From contig NW_027361679.1 of the NCBI RefSeq assembly GCF_039654945.1, positions 22,072,001 through 22,136,000 of the forward strand: a DNA stretch of 64,000 nt, written 5' to 3'. The notes under the pieces are model-generated. The model was not told the origin of the DNA. It saw only the letters and a list, made by a program, of their open reading frames with translations, and ran no database searches. This document shows positions 23,526 to 36,283 of the stretch, in pieces (the first letter of the stretch is position 1; every line of letters begins with the position of its first letter). A program made the position numbers and the translations under genes. Source of the stretch: Dendrobates tinctorius. Lineage: Eukaryota.

Positions 23526-25263
23526 TGTCACACCGTACTGTCTGTACCTGGTTGTCGGCGTTACAATGCATGTCTTTGCTTAAACCCTTTGCTCCTTTCC
23601 CCCTAATTGAGCTGGGATACTGCTGGTTGTTATCTGTATGGAGCCTGCTCAGTTCCCTGCTCTTCTGCATAGCCGTACATGTGTTGTTAGGTCTTTGCTC
23701 TGCTGCATGAACATCCGCATGTGCGGTCCCTGGTTGCCACTGTGGAAGCTGTCCGTGGGTTGCGAGGTCATTTCCAGCTGGGGCATGACTTTCCATGTGT
23801 TTCTAGGCTTGCAGATGCTGCCAGGTGCCCTGAGCCTCAGTTCCTGCACTGATTATGCTGTATTGGTTTCTGTTTGTGCTTAGGGCATGCGCGACCACAC
23901 CTCCCCTGCTTTTGTCAGGGTTAGTGTGTGTACTTGAAATGCTGTCCCCAGCCAACTGCTGAGGGGCAGCTCCTATATAAACTTCTCCATCCCTGCTGGA
24001 TGGGGCCAGAGCTGCTCACAAAGCTCCTGAACTTTGCCATATGTGTTTTGTGTCTGTATCCCTGGACCTCTCCTGTCTATGTTTTGGTACCAAAGTCCCT
24101 GCCATGATTCCTGCTTTGTCCAGTTCCTGCGCCCTGCCCTGGAGGTGGTATATCCAAGCCTGAATCCTTGATCCTGTACCTGTCCTGTACCTGACCCTGT
24201 CTGAATTTTGTCTGCTGTTATGTTTCTGGAATCCCTCTGTGTTAGGAGCCTCACACTCAGTAACTCTAAGTCTCTTGTAACTGGTGCTCCTGCTGATCAT
24301 CTACTACCCCATGCTTTGACTACCATGCAGTGCTAGCTCCTTGCAGGCCCAGCAATCCTGCGGATCTAGCACCATCACTCTTGAGTTCCTTCCTAGGTCT
24401 GATGCCAAGAGCCTGATGACAGCAGTCTGGAACCTGATGACTGCAGTTTGGATCCTGATGACCTCTGTCTGGAGCCTGGAGCCTGATGGCCGCAGTCGTG
24501 CCTGTAGGCTGTGTCGGATGTCCAGAACTGAACAGCTCCTGTCTGATATCTGCCAGTGACTCTGATGTCCTGTGGGTGACCCTGATGTCCAGCCGGTGAC
24601 TATGATGTCCTAATGTCCAGCCTTTGCCCTGATGTCCAGCCTGTGTCCTGATGTCCAACCTGTGTCTGATGTCTGCCGGTAACTCTGATGTCCTGCCTGT
24701 GTCCTAATGTCCTGATGTCCAGCCTGTGCCCTGATGTCCTGATGTCCTGCCTGTGCCCTGATGTCCAACTTGTATTCTGATGTCCTGATGTCTAGCCTGT
24801 GTCCTGATGTCCTGCCTGTGTCTTGATGCCCAGCCTGTGTCCTGATGTCCTTATGTACATTTATGTCCTGCCTGTGTCCCGATGTCCCGCCTATGTGTGC
24901 CTCGGTGATCCGTTGGTGCCTTGGGGTCCACTGGGTGGTACCCTTCTGGGAGGTATGGAATCGGGAGCCTGGCATAGCCCTGTTTCGTCTATGTACTATG
25001 TGAGTTTACTTTAGTAAGCTTTACGTTCTTTACACCTGAAGGTGTGCGGTGTTATCAAGTCCTACGTGTCTTCTCCTTGTCCACATGCTTAGCTGCCACA
25101 GAATCCCTGTCGCTGCCCTTCCCCAGTTTGGGTAGGCTCGGGTCCCCCTCTGGGGTATTGAAGGTCTATATTGCATCCCCGGGGAACGCCCGCCCCTCGC
25201 CGCCGTGGTCGGTAAGTGTGTGGAGGTGCCTGCTGGGCCGCATTCACGACCGCAGTCGTGACA
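23526..25263. mobile_element. Long solo-LTR-like element with internal minisatellite
   Basis: TGTCAC...GTGACA termini; 5-bp flanks ACTAC/GCTAC; strongly strand-biased, pyrimidine-rich body. Confidence 0.6.
24560..24895 (+). repeat. Minisatellite (CTGATGTCC/AGCCTGTGTC, 9-, 19- and 28-bp units)
   Basis: Direct reading; gives the spurious DIRAQAGHQ repeat ORF. Confidence 0.9.
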
Positions 25264-26176
25264 GCTACTAATTTTTGCCAGAAATTTAAGAATTTGGCAC
25301 TTTTTATGGGGCTTGGTGTTTCATTTAGTTCACATTGCATTTTTGATAGACACACTTTCCAGCCACCACCCTTTGTTGTTCAATGTGCAGTAAATGTAAA
25401 AAACATCTAATAAATATGGTGCAAGTCATGAAACATAGTTGTTTTCTTGCAACAAATTGAGCTAGAATTCTAGTGCATATGGCTTTAAATGTCTCTCCTT
25501 ATTGGCAATATATATGGACTATACATTTATTATAGCCACCCTACCTCGTGCCATGAGTTTGTCTCCTGCTGCCTCCTCTGCTCAGATCATTGTTCTTCCT
25601 GCAACCAAGATGGCTGCTGCATTGGGACTGCAGTGGTAAGATTATACCAAATCTCCACTGCCTTTCCTGTATTTTGGTGGCATAGATTAGACTTATCACT
25701 GTTCCCTATGCCACTGTGACCACCATCTTGGAAATAGGAGGAACGGAATGCTTGTTTAAAGGGAACCTGTCACCCCCCAGGCGTTTTTAAGTAAAAGAGC
25801 CACCTTGTGCAGCACCAATGCTGCATTCTGTCAAGGTGGCTCTTTTATTTGGCGTCCCTTCCACTGCCAAAATAATCATTTTTAAAATTGGTCAGACATA
25901 CCTGAGGTTTGACCGGGGGGCAGGTCTTTCCCCCCCGGACACAGACACCTCACATCCATCAGTCATGTCCTGCTTTTGAATTTGGCGCCGCCTCCTCAGT
26001 GTTCATTTCTTTTTCTCACGCCTGCGCTGTAATATTCACTCTTGGGCATGCGCAGTTAGCGCTGCCTGTCCTATGACATCACATGATGTCTTGCTTATCG
26101 CGCCTGCATGGACACATGACCACGTCCACGCAGGCGCAATAAGCAAGACATCATGTGATGTCATAGGACGGGCAGC

Positions 26177-29100
26177 AATAATAATAAATTTTATTTCTAC
26201 AGTGCCGACATATTTTGCAGCACTTTACATTTCAGAGGGGATTTGTACAGACAATAGACATTATAGCCTAACAATAATCACATAGATTATAACAAATACC
26301 AAGAGGAATGAGGGCCCTGCTCACAAGCTTACAGTCTATGAGGAAAGAGGTAGACATGAAAGGTGGGTGGTAACAACTGCCCTGATTGTTTGGACCAGCC
26401 ATAATGTTAAGTGTGTAACAGTACAGACACAGAGGGCTAATGGATGCTTAAAGCATGTGGAAACATGATGCGGGGAACCTGGTTATGGTAAAACTTTTGA
26501 CTGTGCCACGCAGGGATAGATTAGGTTAATGTGTTGAGGCGGTAGGCCAGTCTGAATAAATGCGTTTTCAGGGCACGCTTAAAATTGTGGGGATTGGGGA
26601 CTAATCGTATTGACCTGGGAAGTGCATTCCAAAGAATTGGCGCAGCACGTGTAAAGTCTTGGAGACGGGAGTGGGAGGTTCTGACTATTGAGGATACTAA
26701 CCTCAGGTCATCAGCAGAACGGAGGGCGTGGGTAGGGTGGATACTGAAACAAGGGAGGAGATGTAGGGTGGTCCTGAGCCTTTGAGGGCTTTGTGGGTGA
26801 GGGTAATAAGTTTATACAGAATTTCTGGAGTGGATGGGTAGCCAGTGTAATGACTGGCACAAGGTAGAGGCATCAGTGTAACGATTAGTGAGGAGTATGA
26901 TCCTGGCTGCAGCATTCAAGATAGATTAGAGAGGGGAGGGTTTGGTAAGAGGGAGACCGATTGGAAGAGAGTTACAATAGTCGAGATGAAAATTAATAAG
27001 AGAAACAGTAAGAGTTTTTGCAGAGTCAAAAGTAAGAAAAGGTCAAATTCTAGAAATGTTTTTGAGGTGCAGATGACAAGAGAGAGCCAGTGATCGAATG
27101 TGGGGGGTAAAGGAAAGCTCGGAGTCAAGTATGACTCCAAGACAGCGGGCATGTTGCTGGGGAGTAATAGTGGAACCACACACAGAAATGGCAATGTCGG
27201 GTATAGGTACATTAGTAGAGGGAGGAAACACAAGGAGTTCAGTCTTTGACAGGTTCAGTTTTAAATATAGTGAGGACATATTAGACACAGCGTTTAGATA
27301 ATCGCCGGTGTTCTCTAGAAAGGCTGGCGTGATGTCAGGAGAATTGGGTGTCATCAGCATAGAGATGGTACTGGAAACCAAATCTACTGATTGCTTGACC
27401 AATAGGGGCAGTGTACAAAGGAGAAGAGGAGGGGGCTTAGAACCGATCCTTGAGGAACCCCAACAGTAAGGGGAAGGTGAGAGGAGGAGGAAGCGGCAAA
27501 AGATACAGTAAAGGAGCGGTCAGAGAGATAGGAGGAGAACCAGGAGAGAACGGTGTCCTTGAGGCCAATGGAATGGAGCATAGTGAGGAGGAGCTGATGA
27601 TCCACAGTGTCGAATGCTGCAGAGAGATCCAAGAGAATTAGCATGGACTAATGACCATTTGATTTTTCTATTAGTAGATCATTAGAGACTTTAGTGAGGG
27701 CAGTTTCAGTAGAGTGTAAAGAGCGGAAACCGGATTGGAGAGGGTCGATAAGAGAGTTATCAAAGAAATAGCGGAAAAGATGGGAGTGGACCAGGCGTTC
27801 CAAGAGTTTATAGATGAAGGGAAGATTAGAGACAGGTCTATAGTTAGCGGCACAGTTTTGGTCGAGGGATGTTTTTTTTTTAGTAGTGGCTGTATGGTGT
27901 CATGCTTAAATGAGGAGGGAAAGATACCAGAAGAGAGAGAAGTTAAATATTTTAGTTAGGTGAGGGGTGACAGCAGGGGAAAGGGACTGGACGAGATGTG
28001 ATGGAAATGGGTCACTGGTGCAAGTGGTTGGGCGAGAAGATGCAAGGAGCCTGCTTACTACTTCTGTGACTGGTTCAAAATCAGAGAGTGAGCTAGATGC
28101 AGTGGGGGAGGGAGGACAGTGCATGGTATGAGGTGATTGGGAGATAATTTCCTGTCGGATCTGGTCAATTTTTTCTTTGAAGTAATTGGCCAGATCGTCA
28201 GCTCAGAGCTCCGTGGTTGGGACCTGTACTCTTGGGTTGAGTAGAGAATGAAAAGTGTCAAAGAGACGTTTCGGGTTCTTGGACAGTGAGGTGATGAGGG
28301 TGTTGAAATAGGTTTGTTTGGAGAGGTGAAGGGCAGTGTTGTATGTTCTAAGCATAAACTTATAATGGATGAAATCTTTGTGTAGATTGGATTTTCTCCA
28401 CAGACGTTCGGCGCACCTGGAGCACCGCTGCAGGAAATGTGTTTGCAGGGTGTGCCAGAGTTGTCGCCATCTGTGTTGTGGTGTTCTATTTAAAGGGGGT
28501 GCAAATTCATCCTGGGCACAGTGTTTCATTGTAATGCTTCAATGCAGAATCAGGACATGAGAGGGAGGAGATAGGGGCCAATGAAGACTGCAAGTTCTTC
28601 ATAAGTTTCTGGGTGTTAATGGCCTGTATGTTTCTATAAGTATGGACAGTGGGGGTCACCTGAGCAGCCAGGCAGTTCTTGGTAGAGAATGAAAGAAGAT
28701 TGTGGTCAGAGAGCGGGAGAGGGAAGTTTGCAAAATCATCCACTGCACAAAGCCGAGAGAAGACCAAGTCGAGGGTGTTTCCGTCTTCATGCGTTGGAGA
28801 ATTAGTATGCTGCGAAAGGCCAAATGAGGAGGTTAAAGATAAAAGGTGAGTAGCAGATGGGGAGAGAGGAAGAGCAATGGGGATGTTGAAATCTCCCATG
28901 ATGAGGGTAGGGATGTCACAGGAGAGAAAATGTGGAAGCCAAGAGGCAAAATGATCCAAAATCTGTTGACAAGGGCCTCGAGGACGATACACCACCGCCA
29001 CTCGCATGGAGAAGGGGGTGTAGAGTCTGACAGCATGGACCTCAAAAGAAGGGAAGACTAGTGAGTGTAGTTGAGGGATAACCTGAAAGGTACATTTTGG

Positions 29101-30217
29101 TGACAGGAGCAGACCAACCCCTCCACCTGCTCTATTGTCTGATCTTGGGGTATGAGAGAAGTGTAGTCCCCGGTATGAAAGAGCAGCAGCAGCGGTAGTG
29201 TCTGACTGCTGGATCCAGGTTTCAGTAAGAGCCAGGTTAAGAGAATTAGAAAGGAAAAAGTCATGAATGAAGGAGAGTTTTTTACACACTGAGCGAGAAT
29301 TCCAAAGTGCACAATTTAGAGAGAGAGATGGCATGCAGGGAATATTAATAAGATTAGAGGGGTTTCTGAGTGTAGCAGTTGGGGGGTTTGACTTTCTATA
29401 CGATGAGGGACCAGGGTTGGGAGCAATGTCTCCTGCGACTAGGAGGAGGATAGAAAGAGTGAGCAGATGGTTAAGTGATTTGTGAGAGCGTCTCTTATGT
29501 TGAATGGTGGGACTGACTGGATCTGTGCAATTTAACAATGTGAAAAGAGCATGAGTGCTATACATAGGAGAGGAAAGGAGCGAGGGGCCGATATGGATGT
29601 AGTGTAGAGAGTTAATGCCAGGGCGGTGGATGTGTGTGAATGCAGCAGCCAGGACATAAATTACACAAATGCATATGGTATATATTTGTTGTACTCCAAA
29701 TGTACAGGGAGTAGATGTATATAAATGTCTTACCTGTCTCCTGCCCTGTCTAACTGCCATGTTATAACTGCCTCGTACTTTGATACATGTACTTCGATTA
29801 CATCTGCATAAATGCCCCCTGCATAAATGCTCCCCCAAGCTATGTCTGAATATATAGGAGGCTAAGGCTTAGATTTTTTTTGTGCTCTCTCTCCTCTCGT
29901 TAATCAGTCAAACTAAATTGAGACAGCAGGACCCAATAAAATGTTGTGGTCAGATAAACAGATGTCCAGCACTACATGGATCATAAAGCACTTTGAAAAG
30001 TTTCTTGACCTCACAACATAAGGGGACAAGCAGAGTAAGTTGAAATAACTATATACCAGATATAAGCTTGCATAGTTGAAAACACATATATAGCATTCAG
30101 GATTAACTGCTTGCTGACATTGAATGGAGTGGAGAAATACAGGAGTTGATTCAGAGCAGAGATTGAAAGAGCTGGTTACCAGATATAAGCTTGCAGAGTT
30201 GAAAACACATATATAGC
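26177..30217 (-). mobile_element. L2 LINE, ~4 kb
   Basis: APE endonuclease (WNSRS, ALTETW, MGDFN, TLDLVF, SDH) and RT fragments ([33 protein letters not shown]); (AAT)n/TTTATT 3' tail at 26177-26196; ~122-bp tandem repeat at the 5' end. Confidence 0.92.
28507..29838 (-). pseudogene. L2 ORF N-terminus: 2A-like peptide + APE endonuclease
   Basis: LLLVAGDIAPNPGP followed by the endonuclease motifs; frameshifted downstream. Confidence 0.88.
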
Positions 30218-31232
30218 GATAACTGCGCATGCCCAAGAAAGAACATTACAGCGCAGGCACGAGAAAAAGAAATGAACGCTGAGGAGGCGGCACCACATTC
30301 AAAAGCAGGACATGACTGATGGATGTGAGGTGTCTGTGTCCGGGGTGGAAGACTTGCCCCCCGGTCAAACTTCAGGTATGTCTGACCAATTTTAAAAACG
30401 ATTATTTCTGTGGTGGAAGGGACGCCAAATAAAAGAGCCACCTTGACAGAATGCAGCATTAGTGCTGCACAAGGTGGTTCTTTTACTTAAAAACGCCTGA
30501 GGGGGTTGACAGGTTCCCTTTAAGCAAAGGTGACAGCGGTAGGCAAACAGTAGGCACCAGATAGGTTGGCTAATCAAGAAAGCTGTATAGTTACCTTTAA
30601 GTCCTAAGGTGAAGGGTCAAATTAATAAATCATCCCATTGTATTTGTAAACTTGTTTTATTTTAACATTAGAGTACAATATGCCAGAAATATTATTGTGA
30701 AGACTAATACTTTATCAATTGATCAAAACATTATTACATTTGGTCTGGTACAAAATAAATAAACTATTTCTGGAAGAATATCAAACAAATAAGTTGTATG
30801 GCAGAAAATTTTCTCCCAAAAAATATTTAATTGATTTTGTTTTCGCCATTGAATTTGTAATGTTTTTTCATGTACATGATCATCTAATCTGTTCACAATT
30901 CTTCAAATGACTTGAATAGAGATGACACATTGCATGAGCTCAAACATTACACGTTATGGTGCGATTTGCACTGTCATGTGGGTTTGGGATGATCAGATGC
31001 ACTGCAGGATATTGTCACACAGCCGGGGTGCTAGATACCTCCTTCTCCTGAATCCAGTGGGAATACTTGGCTGTTACTTGTCATGTACTCGAGAGATCTA
31101 CCATCTGTCTGCTTAACTATTCACTGAGAATGCAAAACTAAACCAAATACTCCATCTGAATCATAGATATCAAGATGTGGAACAGTTAAAAAAGTATTCT
31201 TATTACAATGGTGATCTTATTGTGACAGTTTA

Positions 31233-31235
<3 letters not shown>

Positions 31236-31283
<48 letters not shown>
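31236..31283 (+). repeat. (AAT)n microsatellite
   Basis: Direct reading. Confidence 0.95.
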
Positions 31284-31285
<2 letters not shown>

Positions 31286-32261
31286 TTTAGGCAAATGCAT
31301 AAAAATGTTTTTTTACTGTTTTGACAGACCAAATATTTTTACTTTAATTTAGTATTCATTCTATGGTATCTTCAAAGGATTATTTTTAAATTATCAACAT
31401 TTTAGGCAGCATTTTCTGATACATTTATAATTTCATACTTTCCATGTTAGGTTGAAAATATGCTAAAATAGTTTGATACTTTCTGTCGTTATTCTCTTTT
31501 TCCATTCACCAATGTTAAAAACACTAGTAGATTTATTGTACAGGTTTGCAGAGAGAAATGTGCAGAAGCAGACATACAGTTGGTGCACATGGACCCAAGA
31601 TGTAAGGTGGCCCACTTGTACCTCCAAAGCAGCAAGCAATATGATGAGCTATTGCACTGCCATGGGCACATATATTGTTCTTGCATAGGAGAGCTATTTT
31701 GTCTGTGTCCAGCTCTGGGTTTTCATATCTCACAATGACATATCCAGTGTGAAAGCACTATTAGAGAAGATAGCTCACCTGTTCAAAGCTAGAGTAAAAA
31801 TCAAACTTGACCAGCACCTCCAAACAGAATAAGACAAGTGTGAACAGGTGAAAGCTGCCTCGACAATTCAATAAAACCAAGGAAACACAGCTGCTCTATG
31901 AATTGCTATAATCTCTATATATTAAACTGAATGTATATATGTGTGTGTGTATCACCAACCAATCACGAAGCATCTTTCATTTCACCAGAGATATTCAAAG
32001 GAAGCTGAGCTGTGATTGGTTCCTATGAGCAACAGATTTCCATGCAACCAATCATTAAGCATCTCTCATTTCACCAGAGCTGGTTAAAAGCAGCTGAGCT
32101 GTGATTGGTTGCTATGAGCAAGATTTCCCACTTGACAACACCTCAGCAGACACTGAAATGGTGGGAGAAATCTAGCATCCCTGGGAACATAAGCTCCCAG
32201 CCATTGTCTGACCCCCAGAAAGGAGCACAGAGCACATGACAGAAATGAATCCCCCCCTCCC

Positions 32262-33085
32262 GTGGATCATTGGTATACAAGTTAGGACAAATCCACTCAG
32301 CATTTTGGTACTGACCCCAGGCCTTTCTTAATGGGATCTCTGGTATGGAAGGCAGGACAAATCCATCCAGTGCTTTGGCTCTGACCCCAGTCCTCTCTTA
32401 AAGGGATCATCGGTATGGAAGTCAGGGCAATTGCCTTCAAATGCTCTGGTACTGACCCCAGTCTCTTTTAAAGGGATCTCCTGTACAGAAGTTAGGGCAA
32501 ATCCATCAGCGCTCGGATTCTGATCCCAGGGTTCTATTAAAGGGATCATTGGTATGCATGTCAGGGCAAATCCATCCAGTGCTCTGGTTCTGATCCCAGG
32601 CTTTCTTAAAGGGATCCCCGGTATGGAAGTTAGGGCAAATCCACTCAGCGCTCTGGTTCTGACTCAAGGCCCCTCTTAAAGGGTTTCCCGGTATGGAAGT
32701 GAGGGAAAATCCAATCTACACCTTGGTACTGACCCCAGTCCTCTCATAAAGGGATCTCCGGTATGGAAGTAAGGGCAATTGCCTTCAAATGCTATGGTAC
32801 TGACCCCAGGCTCTCTTAAATGGATCTCTTGTATGGAAGTTAGGGCAAATCCCTCAGTGCTCTGGTTCTGATCCCAGGCTTTCTTAAAAGGATCTCCGGT
32901 ATGGAAGTTGGGTAAATCCCTCAGCACTCTGGTTCTCACCCCAGGCTTCTATAAAAGGGATCATTGGTATGGAAGTCAGGGTAAATCCACTCAGCACTCT
33001 GGTTCTGATGCCATGCCCTCTTAAAGGGATCCCCGGTATGGAAGTTAGGACCGTTCCACCAGTGCTCTGGTTCTGACTCCAGACT
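32262..33085 (+). repeat. ~69-70-bp minisatellite, ~12 copies
   Basis: AAGGGATC recurs at 32401, 32471, 32540, 32609... Confidence 0.92.
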
Positions 33086-33845
33086 GACGGGATGATGTGG
33101 CATATTAGGGGTAGAAGTACGGTGGCTCTGGCTGACAGGATGATGCGGGATATTAGGGGGAGTAGTCTGGAGGCTCTGGCTGACGGGATGATGCGGGATA
33201 TTAGGGGTAGTTGTCCGGTGGCTCTGGCTGATGGGATGATGTGGGACATTATGGGTAGTAGTCTGGCGGCTGTGACGGGATGATGTGGGATATTAGTGGT
33301 AGTAGTCCAGTGGCTCTGGCTGACGGGATGATGTGGGATATTAGGGGTAGTAGTCCGGTGGCTCTGACGAGATAATGTGGGATATTAGGGATAGTAGTCC
33401 GGCGGCTGTGACGGGATGATGTGGGATATTAATGGTAGTTGTCCGGTGGTTCTGGCTGACGGGATGATGTGGGATATTAGGGATAGTAGTCTGGCGGCTG
33501 TGACGGGATGATGTGGGATGTTAGTGGTAGTTGTCCAGTGGCTCTAGCTGATGGGATGATGTGGGATGTTAGGGGTAGGTCAGGTGGCTTTGACAGGATG
33601 ATGTGGGATATTAGGGATAGTAGTCTGGTGGCTGTGACGGGATGATGTGGGATGTTAGTGGTAGTTGTCAGGTGGCTCTAGCTGATGGGATGATGTGGTA
33701 TATTAGGGGTAGTAGTCAGGTGGCTTTGACAGGATGATGTGGGATATTAGGGGTAGTAGTCTGGTGGCTCTAGGTGACGGGACGATGTGGGATATTAGGG
33801 GTAGTAGTCCGGTAGCTCTGGCTGAAGGGATGATGGGGGATATTT
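33085..33845 (+). repeat. 44-48-bp G-rich minisatellite, ~16 copies
   Basis: Unit GGGATGATGTGGGATATTAGGGGTAGTAGTCCGGTGGCTCTGGCTGAC. Confidence 0.92.
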
Positions 33846-34209
33846 TAGTAAATGCGGCTATGCAGAGTGGGCGGGGCTCTAAACTCAGCTTTATATATAT
33901 AGATATAATCATTATAATTTGTTATAACTAACCGTAGTTAGTTACTATGCCCGGGCAGCGCCGTACTCTTCAGCTATTATATAATAAACACTGAATGCAT
34001 AAAATTGGAACTGCATTACTGTTATAGAAAACATGTGAGAAAATGAAGATACTTAGAGCGCAAATTGGCCAATTCATAAGCGCTCATAAGCCATAACAAG
34101 GCGTACCTGTTACGTGAGTCACCATAGAAAATTTTTGTCCCAGAAGTGAAGAGAAAGACTACAATAACATAGTAATATTATGTAGTACTTACTGAATAAG
34201 TAAAGGGAG

Positions 34210-34610
34210 GTCAAACAATCTGAGATCAGGTCAAGCAAATGGTGCAGTACAACAAGGGGAAGTCAGAAAAAAATCCAATTCATGAGCTGAGGTCAGGAAA
34301 GCCAGAAAGACAAGACAGTTTACAGGGAGCAGGCACAAGAGGAGTCAGGTCACAGGCAAAGAGTCTAAGTCCGGGAAGGGAATAAAGTCAGGCTGGGTCA
34401 GGCACAGAGCTCAGAGGGATCAGTCTTACACAGGCAGCAGCAAATGTACAACTGACACTGAATGGAGGAGCTAGCATGCTTAAGTAGAGGACTAATCAAG
34501 GGAAGTGAGCACAGATGATCGCACCACAGACCCAGCACAACCAAAACAGACTTACAGTTTCCTTGCATAGCAGACAGGATAAGTAAGGAGATCGTGACAG
34601 TACCCCTTTT
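34210..34610 (-). mobile_element. Gypsy-like LTR remnant with PPT junction
   Basis: ...GTGACA|GTACCCC resembles the LTR-PPT junction at 16840; purine-rich CAGG repeats. Confidence 0.4.
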
Positions 34611-36283
34611 ATTGGGACCCTAAACTTATATGCCTCTCCTTGGCTAAAAGCACACAAATTTAAAGGGTAGGATCCAGCCTTAATTAGAAATGCCTTAGAC
34701 TAATGGGAGAAGTGCTCAGTCAGAAAGGAGTATACTACAATAATGAAAAAAACTGACCAGCACCTCCAAACAGAATAAGACAAGTGTGAACAGGGGTAAG
34801 CTGTCACATTATTCATTTATAATGAATAATACAGCTGTATTCTGAAATGCTATGATATGCAAACATTGAATATACTATATGAAATTGGATTTGCATTACT
34901 GCTATAAAAATATGTTAAATTAAATAGATGATTGTCTTAGATGTTTAATACAACCTGTCAGCAGGATTTATCATTATAAAGTAAAGGCATGGAAACAATG
35001 GTGCTGTTATACTGATTAAATTGATACATTTGGTGAAGGAATCCACACTGTGGTTCTTGATTAATCAGTGTTTTAAATTTTGCTCTAATGATATACTGGT
35101 ACACAGGGGTGGGACTTTGGGTAAAGTCTTCTCCTCCTGCTCCAGCCCCTCCATTTGTCTCTGGTGTTTCAATCGCAGTTACCTGATTTTTCAGAAACCT
35201 GCCTCTTGTTTAAAATTTATAGCCGCCACCATCATTGTCGTGGGCAATAAGCAGTTTGATTTCATGGCCGGATGTCTGGTATTCAAAAAAAAGGCACTGA
35301 TGGTGGCCCATGCACAGATTGCAAACTTGGGTCTTGTCATAATCTGCATTTCCCCCAGTTAACAGCGCTATGTTACTGAAGCGTGCCGGAAAATCAATCA
35401 ATGGAAGGGCCACCCATGGCGAGGCTGGTGCCAGCACAAACTTTAAATCAACAATAAGATACGGACACCAGAAGCAGGTGAAGGGGCCGGGGAAGAATCC
35501 AAAGGCTAGCCATAGTTCCTCCCCTATGAACCAAAAGCTTCTGAAATCCAAACTTCAGTTGCTGATTATTAAATAACAACTAAGACAATTGCTCATTTCA
35601 TATTCTTTTCTTATGGTTTGTTCTTGAAGCAAATATCAAACATTTGGCCATAAGTAATAATTACATAAAATGCTTAGAACAGGTGGATTTATTCATGCTC
35701 TTATGCTAATAAATGTTAATATCTGTCTCAGTTGGGCTTCCTTTAAAGTTTCTGTTAAACATTCTTGAGGCTTTCCTTTCTGTGTGTCGAAGTGTTAGGA
35801 ATTAATTGCCTCGTGTGAAGAATGTTTCTTGATGTTAGTTTATGGACAAATACGTTACTCATATTGCTACTAGCTACACAAGTACTGAATTCTCTATCAG
35901 GTAATGAAGGGTCTTCTACAGGATATTGTACGTCTGAGGGAAAATAATTTATTGGAAAATACTTTGTGCAAAAACCATGGGAATAATGCTTGTGGCAAGC
36001 TAGATACTAGATGAATTATGAATCCCTCAGGTACAATTTAATACAGCATTTGTATGCCCTTATTGTATGCAACGGTTTCTAGACACCCTATTAGGCAGTA
36101 CAGAGCAAAGTCTCATCTTAAAGGAAAAAGTTACTATTGAAGTGGGTAGTAGGTAACAATATTCTCTTGCCACAAATTGGCAATTAATATGACCTTGTGA
36201 TGTCTTTTGTATGAACAGCTCTGAACAATCTGGCATATTTTTTTTTTAATTGAGCTGACCTGATATGCATCTTTTAAAAGAAA

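Larger units (their letters stand above)
25760..30519. mobile_element. T2/Kolobok-type palindromic MITE split by an L2 insertion
   Basis: TTAA|AGGGAACCTGTCA ... TGACAGGTTCCCT|TTAA; left part 25760-26176, right part 30218-30519, reverse complementary. Confidence 0.88.
31912..33977 (+). mobile_element. Non-autonomous Helitron
   Basis: A|TCTCTATATATTAAACTGAATGT(GT)n 5' end; 3' GC-rich hairpin GCCCGGGCAGCGCCG then CAGCTAT|T (CTAG variant); no TSD; flanks rejoin as in the uninterrupted repeat copy at 34757-34920. Confidence 0.75.

Noticed and set aside
24320-24975. Repeat-protein-like ORFs (DIRAQAGHQ)
   Set aside because: They are translations of a minisatellite.
33145-33800. Interstitial telomere (TTAGGG)
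   Set aside because: Only single hexamers occur within 44-48-bp units, not tandem telomeric repeats.
32262-33845. CRISPR-like regular arrays
   Set aside because: There are no unique spacers, the whole units are tandemly repeated, the context is eukaryotic and there are no cas genes.
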